Of a stretch of DNA of 64,000 nt, positions 38,740 to 52,427 are shown piece after piece. The notes beneath the pieces are model-generated. The model was given only the letters and a program-made list of their open reading frames with translations, made no database searches and was not told the origin of the DNA. The translations under genes were made by a program, and so were the position numbers. The first letter of the stretch is position 1. Every line of letters begins with the position of its first letter. The DNA comes from Malacoraja senta (lineage: Eukaryota), in the NCBI GenBank assembly GCA_038087875.1, contig CM075977.1, positions 90,024,001-90,088,000 on the forward strand, read 5' to 3'.

Positions 38740-39380
38740 CTGTGTGGTGTCGTAGTTAAAGGTCACAGGAGGACACGTTGTCGACTCATCCCAGCCCATC
38801 ATGGACACAACCTTCTCCACCATCAAAAGCATCTACATGACGCACTGCCTCAAATAGGCTGCATCTGTCATCAAGGATTCCCACCATGCAGCCCATGCCC
38901 TCATTGTCCCAGTCAAGCCTGAAATCCCACACCTCCAGTTTCAGGAGCAGCACTTTCCTACAACCATCAGGTTCTTGAACCAACCAGCACAACACTAATG
39001 TGTAGATCAGTCTGAAGAAGGGTCTCGACCCAAAACGTAACCCATTCCTTCTCTCCAGAGATGCGGCCTGTCCCGCTGAGTTACTCCAGCTTTTAGTATT
39101 TACCTTCAGCACAACACGAATGCAACCTCGGCACCGAACACTATGGACCATTCATGCACCATCATGGATTTATTTACTAATTGTGTTTTGAACTAATGCC
39201 TTGTTTATTTGCGCAGTCTCTTTCTTTTCATTGCCTTGCAGAATTTGTGTAATTTATGTCCTATTTGCATGTAATTTATGCTCTGTGTGCTGTCTGTGGT
39301 ACTGCCACATGCAAGATGTTCATTTACAGCTGTGCCTCACCATACTTGTGCATTTAACAATAAACTTGGCTTGACTTGAC
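38740..39380 (+). mobile_element. Rex1/Babar-like LINE 3' fragment with a Penelope fragment inserted (~39003-39105)
   Basis: cagcccatcatggac...catcaaggattcccaccat...ttcaggagcagcactttcc.. body; ends aataaacttggcttgacttgac. Confidence 0.55.
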
Positions 39381-40141
39381 CTGCCTTGAGCCTGAATATT
39401 GGCCGGCTCATGTTAAATGCAAAAGCCAATTCACAGCCGAGGGGCGAAAGCAATGTAGAGGTGAACAAAGACCCAAACTCCTGCCCTTTGTCCTGGAGAG
39501 AAGGGCATTGCCGAAACAGCTGAAGATGTTTGGGCATGTGATATATATTGGGTATATATCCAAAAGAATGTAACCCTGGGAACACATAACATTGATCCTG
39601 GCCTTGGATATCTCATGAAATCTGATCAAAGGCAGGCAAGCAAACTCCTAATTGCTATCTGCTGTCCTGAATGTGTTGATAACTTATTATGTCTTCATGA
39701 AATGCAATAACATTTAAAAGCCATTTGGACAATTACAGGAACACCAACGATTTATTGGGATATGGGCCAAATGTGGGATTAGTGTCTATACGGACAAATA
39801 ACTGCCCGTTAGCAAGTCATCATTGTATCAAGCCATGTTAAAACTTGACATCTTTAACCCAGATGAACCATCTGATATTAACCATCCTGGTCGGCATGGG
39901 CAAGTTGGGCTGAAGGGCCTGTTTCCATGCTGTATGACTCTAAGCAACATTGGAACACCGACCTAGAAAGGACACAAATGAAGTTTGGGTTGGGACTTTC
40001 AAGAGTGAGTTACATTTAGATCCACAACAGAGCTGGCAGAATCCTGACAGGTACAACCACGAGACTAGGCTTGTATCAAGTGATAAGAGAACCAATAAGC
40101 GGGGAGAAAACCAATCTAATCTGATGCTCATTGCTCTACCA

Positions 40142-40333
40142 CAGTGGTCCTTAACCTGGCGGTCGTGACCCCCTATGGGGGTCGTTTGGGGCTTTGCCGG
40201 GGGTCATGAAGGGGACACAAATAACATATCAATTTGTTGAGCCCATGTTTAGGAACCTAACAAAGGTACATATCACATACAGTATTTTGTTCGCGTGTGC
40301 GCGTACTGGTGCTAAAAAGGTTAAGAACCACTG
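40142..40333. mobile_element. hAT (Charlie-like) MITE
   Basis: TIRs CAGTGGTCCTTAACCT / AGGTTAAGAACCACTG; 8-bp flanks ctctacca / ctctactt. Confidence 0.8.
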
Positions 40334-40779
40334 CTCTACTTGCATTGTCTAGAAAATAATTGTTAGGACTCACCACTGCCCATTCATTGTGGTAACCCTT
40401 TACTTGTGTGATAAACTAGTGAGGCGAATGGGATAGATTGAGACCATAAAAGCAGAAAATGTTCGTATTATCGTCAGATGGCATCTCTGGAAAGTGGAGC
40501 TCCACAGATGAACTGATGTGTATTTCCAATATATTCTATATTTTGTTTTTATTATTTTGGCTTTCCAACTTCCATTATTTCACTTCAGATCAGAAATAGA
40601 TATGCCAGTTCTAAAACTGGACATACATTTGGCATTGGATGGTATACCACTAAAATCATGGTCCAATTGCTGGGATTCATTGAGGTATATAGATGACATA
40701 GCAGGAGCAGTACAAAGTGTATCAAATAATTAGGTGACTATTGAATGAAGCTACAGCAAGGCATGCTAAGCAATGGGAA

Positions 40780-41610
40780 CAACGGGCTTTATCTTTCCAC
40801 GTCACCATCTATATCTCTCGTTTCCCTTATCCCTAACCAGTCTGAAGAAGTCTCGACCTGAAACGTCACTCATTCCTTCTCTCCAGAGATGCTGCCTGTC
40901 CCGCTGAGTTACTCCAGCTCTTTATGTCCATCTCAGGCTATAATAAAAATTGGATATTGCAAAACCAAGTTTTGCATGCAGTTCTAGTCTCCTCATTACT
41001 GGAAGGATGTGAAGGCTCAGGAGAGGGTACAGAAGAGGTTTACCAGATCACTGCAGAAATTGGAGGGTATTAGCAACAAGGAGAGGTTGGACAAACTTGG
41101 ATTGTTTTCTCAGGAACGTCAGAGACTGAGGGGTGACCTGATAGAAGTATATAAAATTATGAAAGGCAGTCTAGGGTAGACAATCATAAGATTTTTTCCC
41201 AGGGCAGAAATGTCAAAAACTAAAGGGGCATAACTTTATCATGAGAAGGACAAAGTCTAAAGGAGATGTGTGTGCAAATGTTTTGCACAGAGAGTGGTGA
41301 GTGTCTGGAACACGCTGCCAGAGGTGGTGGTGGGAGCTTTTGGAAAGGTGCATGGATATGCTCTTAGGGCTAACGGAATCAAAGGATATGGGGGAAAAAG
41401 CAGGAACGGGGTACTGATTTTAGATGATCAGCCATGATCATATTGAATGGTGGTTCTGCTCAAATGGCCGAATGGCCTACATGCACCTATTTTCTATATT
41501 TCTATGTTAGAAATGGTGGTATATAGATCATGTGTAGACAGAGGCATTTAACTTAACATCATGTTCTGCATGGACATTGAGAGGTGACCTGATGCTGTAC
41601 CATTCTATGT
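40780..41610 (+). mobile_element. Penelope terminal fragment (~40780-40935) followed by a CR1 3' fragment
   Basis: ctgaagaagtctcgacctgaaacgtcactc; then gagagggtacagaagaggtttaccag...gagaggttggacaaacttgg CR1 motifs. Confidence 0.75.
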
Positions 41611-42522
41611 ATCGTGTCTGAAAATCTGCTACATGTAGTCTTTAGAGGCGGTGGACCAATTAAATGTGTAGTGAGAGGAGAATTCCTCTTGAATTTCCAT
41701 AGTTAGCGATGGTGCAGCCAGGTTTGACTATAAAAAGCAAGGCTGAAGTGTTTGCGCCCAGTCTCAGCAGGGGTTTGCAACCATGACAGACCCCATCCTT
41801 CAGCCAACCGATTCATATGATGTGAAGAAACCGCACCACACATTGAATATAGCAACAGCTATGGTCACTGAAAGCTTTCCAGCTGTGCTGCTCAGAACCA
41901 GCTGTGCCCTAATCCAAACTGTTCCATTTCAGCTGCAATACTAGGAATTACACAACAAAGTAAAACCTTTCCCAGGTGTGTCCTCTTCGAAAGGAAAAGG
42001 ACAAACCAATGCCAGTCAATAACCACCCTGTCAGTCTTCTCTCAATCATCAACCCATCAGTCTTAAGAATGCAGAGCTGGACCAGTTTAAACCACCATCT
42101 GCAGTTCCTTCCTACCCATTTGGTATAAATGTTCTTCTCAATGATGAGGCTACCAGTCCTTGACCCAAATATTTATTTCTCTGCAACAGTTCAAAAAATA
42201 AAACTTAAATAGTACTCAATGTACTTTAGGAAGTACTTAACAACTTTTGAAGCTGGAGAAGAGGATGAGAATTCTGCCAGACTTAGTCAACAATGTTGTC
42301 GTGAAATCAAAGTTTTCCCTGCAGGCCAAATGATCTGTGACTCCTGAGTCAGTGTCACATTTTACACCTCGGGGCCTAGTCCTGTTACCTAAATCCGCTC
42401 GCTATTGCACGTAGCAGAATTAGTAATCCTGAAGATTTTGAACGGAAGTTCATTGTTACCAAACACTGTGTCAACAAGCCATAATTTGAGTTTGTTCAGT
42501 CAAGAAAATGTCATCAATCATC

Positions 42523-42692
42523 AGTCTGAAGAAGGGTCTCGACCCGAACCATCACCCATTCCTTCTCTCCAGAGATGCTGCCTGTCCCACTGAGTTACTC
42601 CAGTTTTTTGCGTCTATAAATGTTGTCAATAACTGACTCTGCTTAATAGATATTAGGGTTAGACACAAAAAGCTGGAGAAACTCAGCAGGAC
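42523..42692. mobile_element. Penelope terminal fragments in opposite orientations
   Basis: cagtctgaagaagggtctcgacccgaacc...ttactccag, then agacacaaaaagctggagaaactcagc. Confidence 0.75.
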
Positions 42693-44057
42693 ATTTCAGC
42701 TGCATTTTAAAGTTCTTACTCAATTGCAAACATGCCAGTGTTCAGGCTACACTAGTAACATTTCTTGAATGGGTTCTTTCAGAGCAAATGGAAAAATTCT
42801 AGTGGTTCTGAGTTACAGTACAATTAAACAAAATTATTTGCACGCAAGACTTTCTGAACCCTATACAGAGGGATTTTATGTGTATTGTATATTGACACAT
42901 GGCCTGGCTTAGTCACACACTGACTCGGTGTATTGCACCTGTTCTTTGATGGGTGAGGTGCTGTTTCTTTTTTAAATACTGCACACAGACTATTTAGAGC
43001 AGTAGCCAGTAAATCATGAAACAGACATAAACGTTGTATCAGAGGGTTCTGCTGCCCAAAGCCACATTCTATGGTAATGCAGTGAATCAGGATACATTAT
43101 TTTCAGGATTAAAATCACTCATGTTATTTTTCCATTCACTTGAGATGTGCATTTAATCATTATCCTGCAATCCTTATCCGTTAGTTCCATGAGTTTATGT
43201 AAACAGTCGTATTTGCAGTGTTCATTCTTAAAATGGAAACAAAGACTATCATTGCACTAGTTTAAAACTAAGAACTAATAAAATGCTTTTTCAGAAACAT
43301 CTGTGTTTCTACGATCAAATTACATCGTATTGATTAACAATACAAGTTAAATTATGCTATGACGGAGTGGGTTCGATAAAATTGCTTGTTTAACTTCAGT
43401 CTGTATGTTGTGGAAGGGACAGCGCTGAAAGCTGGCAAAAGGCCAATCCAAGGGCTGAAATTTTGCAGATCACAAAATATTTAGAAGAGTCACATCATAT
43501 TTCATCCATTCAGGGAGAACCTTTGATCAGAGCAGCTAATTTTTTTTTAATGGTTTCAGGATTTTTTGGCTCTTCCATTTTTTCTGGAAAGTCTACTCCA
43601 TAAGTCAATCATTCAAAAGCTTTCCCACAGTTCATTTCAAGATTCCCTTTTACCAGTTTGTACATGCCCCACGGAGTAAAGTAATACTTTTTTTCTGTAC
43701 ACTTAACAATCTTATACACATTTTTAAGATCACTTCAGAAGAGTAAGTTTTAATGCACTTGATATGCTCCTGTACAGCTAATACATTTTGATTGAGAATA
43801 CTCAATCCTGTGAGATACACCTCGACTTCTAAAAGACTTTTGATGAAGACTTTGTACAAATTTATCAATTAAACTCACAGGAGAGAGATTTCAGAAAAAA
43901 AAGATTTCAGATCACCTCAGAAATATTTTCTTTCAAGACTGAAGTCAGTAGCCACGCAATATTTCCCAAGATAGTACTGAGATATCTGTACTTCACTCAT
44001 TCCAATAGTTTGAGGTCACTTTTGCACTAAAACTATCTGTAACATTGAAGCAACAAT

Positions 44058-44749
44058 CAGGGGGTGGAAATCCGGGGGGGGGGGGAACAGGAGGACATGT
44101 CCCCCCCCCCATGTTTTGAGAAGTGGGGGACGATCCCCCCCCCCCCCATGTTTTGTAAACCGTATTTTAAAACTGTAAAAAAAAACTATTAAAAATCTCC
44201 GCTTTCCGCGAGACAGTGGGGGTGGGACTGATGATCGAGGGCGCCGATTGGACGAGAGAGACGTCGGTCAGCAGGCAGTGGGGGGGGGGGGCGGGACATG
44301 ATGGTTCAGCGCGATGAGTGAAGGAGGGAGGTGTCGGTCAGAGGAGGAAGTAGGGGGATGTGACTGAGGATAGAGCGCGGTGATTGGAGGAGGGAGACGT
44401 CCTGGTGGAGTAAAGATCATAGAGTGGAGCTTGAATCGACCCGTTCGCAGGGCTTTTCATCGCCTGGCGCGACTTAACATCGGCCGTGGGATCTTCCATC
44501 GCCCCGCGGTCAAATTGCTGCGTCGAGGCTCCCGGTGTTGAAGCCCCCGCGAACGGGCCGATTGAAGCCCCACGATTCGTGGCGGACGAAGCTGCTGTTG
44601 CTGGAGTTCGGAGTCGGTCACCAATCAGGTCAGCTCCCGATGTTACCGTCCACAGGGCCCATGGCTGAAGCCTCGCATGTGTGCGCATGCGCATGAGGCC
44701 GCCAAGAAATTGTGTCCCCCCCATGATTTGATAGCGATTTGCGTGCCTG
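44058..44749. mobile_element. hAT-type MITE with G/C-run subterminal tracts and extra internal sequence
   Basis: Ends CAGGGGGTGGAAAT / ATTTGCGTGCCTG; 8-bp TSD gcaacaat / gcagcaat; homologous to 60999-61343. Confidence 0.82.
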
Positions 44750-45030
44750 GCAGCAATAATGGTTTTCTTATTAGGATTCCTTATTATTGACTCATGTTTA
44801 CACTATTGCTGCTTTGCACTGCAAGAATCAGTGCTACTCTTTTAAAGACAAAGCCAGTCTTTACCAGAGTTATCCTTCGCTATTTCAGCATATTCATGGA
44901 CAATGCTTCTCTGATTAGTTCCCTCTTCTTTACAGTGCTATTGGCTGTATCAGGTGCCTGCATATACGAACAATTTGCCTGAATTCATGAATCTACTATA
45001 ATCAAATAATATAGAAACAATGTAGAACAC

Positions 45031-45351
45031 AGGGGCGTCACAGCTGGTAGAGCTGCTACCACGCAGCGTCAGACACCCAGGTTCAATCCTGACCCAGGGT
45101 GCTATCTGTGTGGAGTTTGCATGCTCTCCCTGTGACCATGTGGGATTCCTCCAGGCGCTCCAGTTTCCTCCCACTTCTTGAAGACGTGTAGGTTTGTAGA
45201 TTAATTGGTCACTGTAAACTGCCCACCATTATGTAGGGAGTGGATGAGAAAAGTGGGATTACATAGAATTAGCGTGAACAGATGAGTGGTGGCTGGCATG
45301 GACTCCATGGGCCGAAGGGCCTGTTTCCATGCTGTATCGGCAAACTAAACA
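45031..45351 (+). mobile_element. V-type tRNA SINE
   Basis: B box ggttcaatcc, ctccagtttcctcccac core, gaagggcctgtttccatgctgtat tail. Confidence 0.82.
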
Positions 45352-47394
45352 CGGCTCTGACTTGCACACTGCTGCTCACCCATCTCTGTCAATACTTTTT
45401 TTTGACAAATACAGCATCCTGTTCCCTCCCTTTTTGGTCTATTTTACGTCTCTTCCATGTTTGTTTCCCCTGAAATCTCTCAATCTGTGTTTAATTAATA
45501 AACTTGTATGAAGTCTTTATCAAGCCTTTTAGAAGTCGATGTTTATCTCACACGATTGAGTATTCTCGAACAAAATTTCTTTGCTGAAGAGGAGCATTTA
45601 AACTTACTCTACAGTTGTCACTCTTAAACTACTGTTAATTAAGAGTATTGCCTTTTGCCAACACTATTGCCCACTCCTCTGTGAAAATCTTTTTTTTCTT
45701 CTCTTCCTTGCTTTGCTCACTGGCACCAATATTGTTCTTTTAACTTATTGTAAGACAGTTCACAGAATTCATATAGTTTGCTGCAATTCATTAAGCTGAT
45801 TGTTCTAATGAAAAACGGAATTTGCAGAAGGTCTTTCCACATATTGTGCAAGCTTCACACACCTTCAGCAATTACTAACGCAGATTTGTTTTTTAAGAAG
45901 TTCTTTTTAACCTGAATTGCCTTTCTCTTCAAAGCAAGCCCTGAGTATTTTGTAGAAGGTGTGTTTGATAGGATTTCCATGTGGGTTTACAAACAAAACA
46001 CCATTTGACTCATTGTCATTCAGCCTGCAACAGTAATAAGTAATCTCTCACTCATTACTCAGTAAAATGTACAATATGTGTTTTCAGCTGTCTGTATCTG
46101 AGAGTAAGTCAAGCCCTTGTTATAACATGCTGAAAAATCACTGGGTAGAAATGTGAAAACAGTCTGCTTTTAATACTTTCCAGATCACAGAGAGACCGAG
46201 CTGTGCTTTCAAATGTTAGTCTGAACCATTCTGGTTTTTTTAAAAAGCATGAACCCACCAGAGATTGCAGGGTGCACTGGGATGGTATGCTATTCATTCA
46301 TTTGTTGCTTACCTTTCAATCTGATTGAGGGTTGTTCTTCTATCACTAAAGTTCTGCTTGAATGAGTTTACTCAATCATGCCGTTAAACGAGGTAGTACA
46401 CAGGACAAGTTGGGCTCGTCTTCTGCGTTGCTCAAGGCCAGAAGAATCAACAGAGGTGATCAGATCTGCTGACGTATTTAAAGATGGGATTCTGTAATGG
46501 GAAGGTATTTTGGGGACTTGTTTCCTTAAAGTCACCATTTTACACCTCTTCCCACTCCTTTCTCCTATTGTTGAACCTTGCCAAAATTTGCTCTCCTGTG
46601 ACTCATTCCAGAAGCAGAGAAGGAATAGATATGAATATTGAGGTAAAGCAAGCTAAAATAATACATTTCCCTCATTTCCTGTGGCATTTGGTGGGAGGAT
46701 CTTATCTGATTATCATTATTTCTACCTAGTCAGATTGGGAGGCATTGAGAGTCATTGTGAGAAGATTTGTTTTGGTGCTGGAAGATATTAGGACATGTTT
46801 GTTCATGTGGGTACAATGAGAGATGGAAGTATCAAGAGGTGAAGTGGGTGGGGAAGATCTGAGAAACATTGAGCATCACAGGCAGGACAATGGAAAAGAT
46901 CAGAGAGGCATTGATGCAATGGGGAAATCATGGAAGGAGAATACGGGGAATTGCGTAAGGTTTTGGAAATGAACTGAAAGGTTGCAGAGCGGTAATGACA
47001 TTGACCTGTGCAGGACTTTGGCACGGCATCTTGTTTACGAATCTTATAGAGTTTATGTCCTTCTTGTCTCACAAGGAGGGCTGAAAAAATTGACTATTTT
47101 ATCCAGCCATTCTGACATATTGTCCATAGCTGTGTGTATTTAATATTTTTCTTCCTGCATAGCACAAACTAACTTTTTTTCTCATTGCTCAAATCACTAT
47201 GCTAAATTGTCTCTTGTATTTTCCCCCAAACAAATATTTGTCCATGCTCTGATAATTTGCCCATCTTTTCTAGATTATTTATATTGCTTGAAGACATTTG
47301 ATAACATGCCCATACAGCAATGGGTCAAAGCTCATGCTGCAGGAGGTAACATTTTAATATTGATGAATGTTCCACAAATACTCTTCTTCGACGA

Positions 47395-47837
47395 CAGGGT
47401 CTGATCTATAGGCAGAGTTTGAGTAGGCTGGGACTCTATTCCTTGGAACGCAGGAGGATGACGGGTGATCTTATAGAGGTATACAAGATCATGAGAGGAA
47501 TAGATCAGGTAGACACACAGAGTCTCTGCCCAGAATAGGTGAATCGAGGACCAGAGGACATAGGTTTAAGGTGAAGGGAAAAAGATTTAATAGGAATCTG
47601 GGGGGTAATTTTTTTACACAAAGGGTGTGGGTATATGGTACAAGATACCAGAGAAGGTAGTTGAGGCAGGGACTATCACAACATTTAAGAAGCAGTTAGA
47701 TGGGTACATGGATAGGATAGGTTTGGAGGGATATGGATCAAATGCTGGCAGGTGGGACTAGTGTAGCTGTGACATGTTGGCCTTCGTGGGCAAGTTGGGC
47801 CGAAGGGCCTGTTTCCACACTGTATCACTCTATGACT
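47395..47837 (+). mobile_element. CR1 LINE 3' end (an inverted copy of its tail lies at ~48100-48250)
   Basis: ggtgatcttatagaggtatacaagatcatgagagg...gaagggcctgtttccacactgtatcactctatgact. Confidence 0.85.
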
Positions 47838-48741
47838 AAATGACAATTTAGGATAAGATTAGGTTCAGCTGCAAAATGTTCCATCATGAAATGGCTTACA
47901 CACATCATCTGTTGCAGTGGACTAGAACAGCCACCAGGACTGTTTCAGGATGTGGGCATTATTAGCAAGAATAGCGTTTATTGCCGATCCCTAAGTGGCT
48001 TTGGAAGATGCTGTTGATCGATCTTGTTGAACCACAACATTCTTTCTGGTGAAGATACTTCCCCAATGTTTGAAGTTTAGAGTCGGTGATAACAATGGAC
48101 CAATGTGTTGAAACAGGCCCTTCGGCCCAACCTGCCCAACCTGCCCACACCGGCCAACGTGTCCCAGCTACACTAGTCCCACTTGCCTGCTTTTACTCCA
48201 TATCCCTCCAAACCTGTCCTATCCATGTACCTGTCTAACTGTTTCCTAATGTTATCTTTCCACGTTGGGTTACGGGGAAAGGCAGAAGAATGGAGTTGAG
48301 AGAGAAAAATAGATTGGCTATGATCGATTGGCAGAGCAGACTCCATGGGCCAAATGGCCTAATTCTGCTCCCATATCTTATGATTTTATGGTTGGTTGTT
48401 GTGTAATTAGGAAGGATGATGGCATTTATCTGCTGCCTTTGTAGTTTGCAGATTTGAGGGGTGTTGTCAGAGGAGCTGAGGCAGGTAAACTGCAGTGAAT
48501 TGTGTAAATAACTGGCACCCTTGTGAAGGAAATTAATGATATGGGTGGCAAATATAGTTTTTGTTCTTGGGTAGTGCTGAATGTTTTGAATGCGATTGGA
48601 ATTAAATCAGTCGATATTTTGATGGCAGAGATAGACAAATTCCTGATTAGAACAGGTATCAAGAGTCATGGGGAGAAGGCAGGAGGGAGAGATCATCCAT
48701 GATTGAATGGTGGAGTAGACTCGATAGGCCGGAATGCCTAA

Positions 48742-49074
48742 TAGCCCTGTCCCACGGTACAAGTTCATTCCAAGAGCTCTCCCGAGTTTTAAAAAATCAA
48801 ACTCGTGGTAAGCACGGAGAATGAACGTAGCGGGTACGTCGGAGCTTGGGGACGTCTCTTAGCGGCTCGTAACACTAACGGCAGGTACTCGGGAAGACTC
48901 GCTAACGGCAGGTAAGCACAGGAAGTCTTGTGAAGATTTTTCAACATGGTGAAAAATGTCCAAGAGAGCCCCAAGTTCCGACGAGTGGCCATTACCTACC
49001 GTAAATCTCCGAGTTCGAATCAGGGCAAACTCGGGAGAGCTCTTGGAATGAACTCGTACCGTGGGACAGGGCTT
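48742..49074. mobile_element. PIF/Harbinger-type MITE inserted in a CR1 tail, TAA TSD
   Basis: ~47-bp TIRs with one mismatch (agccctgtcccacggtacaagttcattccaagagctctcccgagttt). Excision restores the CR1 tail gcctaattctactcctat, which fixes the TSD as TAA (48739-48741 / 49075-49077). Confidence 0.92.
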
Positions 49075-50675
49075 TAATTCTACTCCTATAATTTGTGAAC
49101 TTGAGAATCACTCTTGTGTGGGTGTCTTTCTTCACTTAATATGCCGAAAAGCCAGGATATCCGGTGTTTGATGTGCTCTTGAAATCGGTGTCAATGTAAC
49201 TTTCCCAGTTGAATTTCCGGTCAATGTTGACTCTCAAGGATTTTAATGATGAGAAACATAATGATGGAAATATCCATGAATGTCAAGGATGATTGGTTAA
49301 ACTGTCCTGCTGGGAATGGTCATTGTCTGGCACTTGTGTGACATTTGTGCTGCTTTCTGATTATCAGCCCAGACCTGAAGATTGCCAAGGACTTTTCTAC
49401 ATTCAGGAAATGACTACTTCCTATTCTGAGGAATTGTAAATAGCATGAAGCAATGTGCAGTTATCCGTAAATGGCCCTACTTCTGTCACAATCATTAATT
49501 CAATAGAAGATGGATAGGCTGAGCATCCTACCCTGAGAAATACTGCAGTGACATCCAGAGGTTGGGCAGATTGGCCTCCAGAAACTACCTTTACCTTTCT
49601 TTGTACTGTGGCTGCCTCACACCTGATGGATGCCCATCTTAAGCCCCTTAAACTAAGCTATTCCATTTTACACAAAAGTACTTAATATAAATACCAGACT
49701 ATCTCATTATTTTCTCTCTCGACCACTTCTAATACTGTAGTGTACAGGTGTATGTACAACGGGTAGCTCGGGGAGGAATGTATCAAATACATTTATCCCT
49801 CGTGCTGCTTCACTGACCATCTGCTACAGGCTCGTTCTGACTGTTGTGTCCTTCAGGACTTGTCAAATGTGGTCACTGATGATGCCACTGTGCCATCTTG
49901 GTGATGGGCAATGTTTGTGTCCTTTCTGCATTCAATGCTTCTTCCAAGTGTGATTCAACATGAGGTGCACTAATTCTTGATCTGAGAGAGCTGGTCACAA
50001 GAAAAGGCTTATTTGTCCATTTTTTGACGATGCAATGATATTTCAGAAGCTGGTCCTGCCTTGGTGCACTGTATCATTACCTTTGGTGTATTTGTCCTGC
50101 CAGTGTTCGAGGACATATCCAGAGGATTCTGGCCTTATTTTTTTGTAAACTATGATTGTGTGAGTACAACTATTGGTGAGGACTCTGCTCGGCTGGGAGT
50201 GACGGGAGTTTCACATTTGGTGTGAGAATTAGTAGTGGATGGTCTGTCTGCTTGTTTACAGACAAGAAATCACCCAATGAGTGGATCATATGGCCATTCC
50301 AGAGGGTAATTAAAAGTCAACGACGTTGCTATTGTGTCGTGTCACTAATAGGATTGACTGGTTAGGGCTACACATTTCCCAGCTTAACAGAAACAGGTGA
50401 ACCAATGGACTTTTTTTTAAGCAGTCTATTACTTCTATGGTTACCAAATTAAAATTAACAATTTTTAAGACATTCTGGATTATTCAATTAAAACTGAATT
50501 TTAGGAAGAAGTTGCCAGGTCATCAGAGCCTGAGCCATAGGAAGAGGTTGGACAGGCTAGGACTTTATTCCTTGGAATGCAGGGGGATGAGGGATGATCT
50601 TTTAGAGGCATATAAAATCATGAGGGGTATAGATACGGTAAAAGCAGTTTTTTGCCCAGAGTAAGAGAATCAAAC

Positions 50676-51110
50676 TTACTTACTTACTGCCTATTATGCC
50701 TCCTGGCATGTAGGGCAGCAATGAAGGTCCTCCACTCCTGTCTGTTCTGGGCTAGCTTCTGGACACTACCCCAGGTCAGGTCCATTGTTTTCATTTCTGC
50801 CTCTACAGTTCGACCTGTGGTTTTGGGTCTCCCTCTTTTCCTTTTCCCTTCTGGTGTCCAGTGCAGGGCTATTCTTGGGATGCTGTCTGGTTCTCTTCCA
50901 TTGACATTCATCCTAGCATCTGTCGATAGCCCTGGAAGTCCATCACGCCCAGTAGTGTTGATTCCTTCAGTTGCTGTTTCCATAACATATTTGTTTTATG
51001 AGACAGGGTTGTTAGCCCTGTGCTCAACCTCCAACCTGGAGGACCAGTGGATCGCTCTTCGTCTCGCCTCTACTCTTCGACCTGTCCAGCATGGGAGACC
51101 CTAACAGGAG
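50676..51110 (-). mobile_element. Internally deleted (bipartite) RTE-clade element
   Basis: (TAAG)n tail; C-terminal RTE motif ALHWTPEGKRKRGRPK...WGSVQKLAQNRQEWRTFIAAL; joined directly to a 5'UTR-like segment and start codon (ORF 50684-50983). Confidence 0.75.
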
Positions 51111-51119
51111 ACGAACGCT

Positions 51120-51300
51120 AGTTCTATTCTACACACTATGGATAATTTACAGAAGCCAATTAACCGACAAACCTGCACGTCTTTGGAATGTGGGAAGAAA
51201 CCAGAGCAATCAGAGAAAACTCCATACAGACAGCACCCGTAGTCAGGATCGAATCAGAGTCTCTAGTGGTACAAGACAGCAACTTTACCGCTGCACCACT
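51120..51300 (-). mobile_element. V-type SINE (degenerate)
   Basis: Reverse-complement core ctttggaatgtgggaagaaaccagagc and B box caggatcgaatc. Confidence 0.7.
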
Positions 51301-51850
51301 TTGTCCTATATTGTACTATAACAATAATTTAAATTAACTTGGACAGGTACATGGATAGGCAATTGTTTAAAGGGATATGGGCCAAACATGAGCAGGTGGG
51401 ACAAGTGTATATGGAGCATCTAGATTGGCATGGGCATGTTGGGTCGAAGGGCCTGTTTCCCTGCTCTATGACTCTTATGACTCTAATTCAAACTCCACTG
51501 ATGCCGGATTGGAACTTGTGTCACTCATTTGTTAGTCCAGGCATTGAATGAAGTACATGAGCATGTAGTCCAGCTTATGCATCTATGCTACAAATATTGG
51601 CAAATATGGAATAGAAGATAAAAACCAACATATTTTCTAAATATTTAATTTACACGGTGGTAATAAGAAACGTGTGTTTTTACAGCTTTAATACACTGCC
51701 TCATTAGTGGTGTATGATGCTGGGTGTATTCGAATAGTTTTAAAGCAGCGGCTGTGTATTTTGTACTGAAGCTAGAGCATTTAATAAACAACGTGATGAG
51801 GTTTTAAACCTGCTTTTTATAAAGCCTTGCTAGTTGGGAAGGTAATTTTA

Positions 51851-52115
51851 GTTTATAGATACAGCGCGGAAACAGGCCCTTCGGCCCACCGAGTCTACAC
51901 CAACCACCGATCCCCGCACTATCCTACAAATTTACACCTACACCAAGCCAATTAACCTACATACCTGTACATCTTTGGAATGTGGGAGGAAACTGAAGAA
52001 CTCGGAGAAAACCTATGCAGTTACGGGGAGAACGTACAAAACTCCGTACAGACAGCAACCGTAGTCGGGATCGAACCCGGGTCTCCAGCGCTGCAACTCT
52101 ACCGCTGCGCCACCC
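51851..52115 (-). mobile_element. V-type SINE
   Basis: gggatcgaacccggg (B box, reverse complement), ctaccgctgcgccacc (A box, reverse complement), aaacaggcccttcggccc tail. Confidence 0.85.
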
Positions 52116-52427
52116 CTTGATGAAAAGGACAATAATGAAGTAGGGACTTACGAGATGTCACAAGGAATCTGAGCAACTTTGGGGAGAGGAGAAAGAATCT
52201 TTTACTTTTTTAGATTGTAGACAAACAGCACAACCATCCCCCACCACCCCCGCCCCCCACCTCCCCAGCCCTCTGAGTCCACACTGACCAATGATCATCC
52301 TGTACACAAGAATAACAGTCTTGACTGAGCCATATGGGGATGGAGAGATTATAGTACAGGATCAGGCCCTTTGGCTCAGCAAGTCCAAACCAAACATCAA
52401 GCACGCATTAGGATACAAAGTGCTGGA

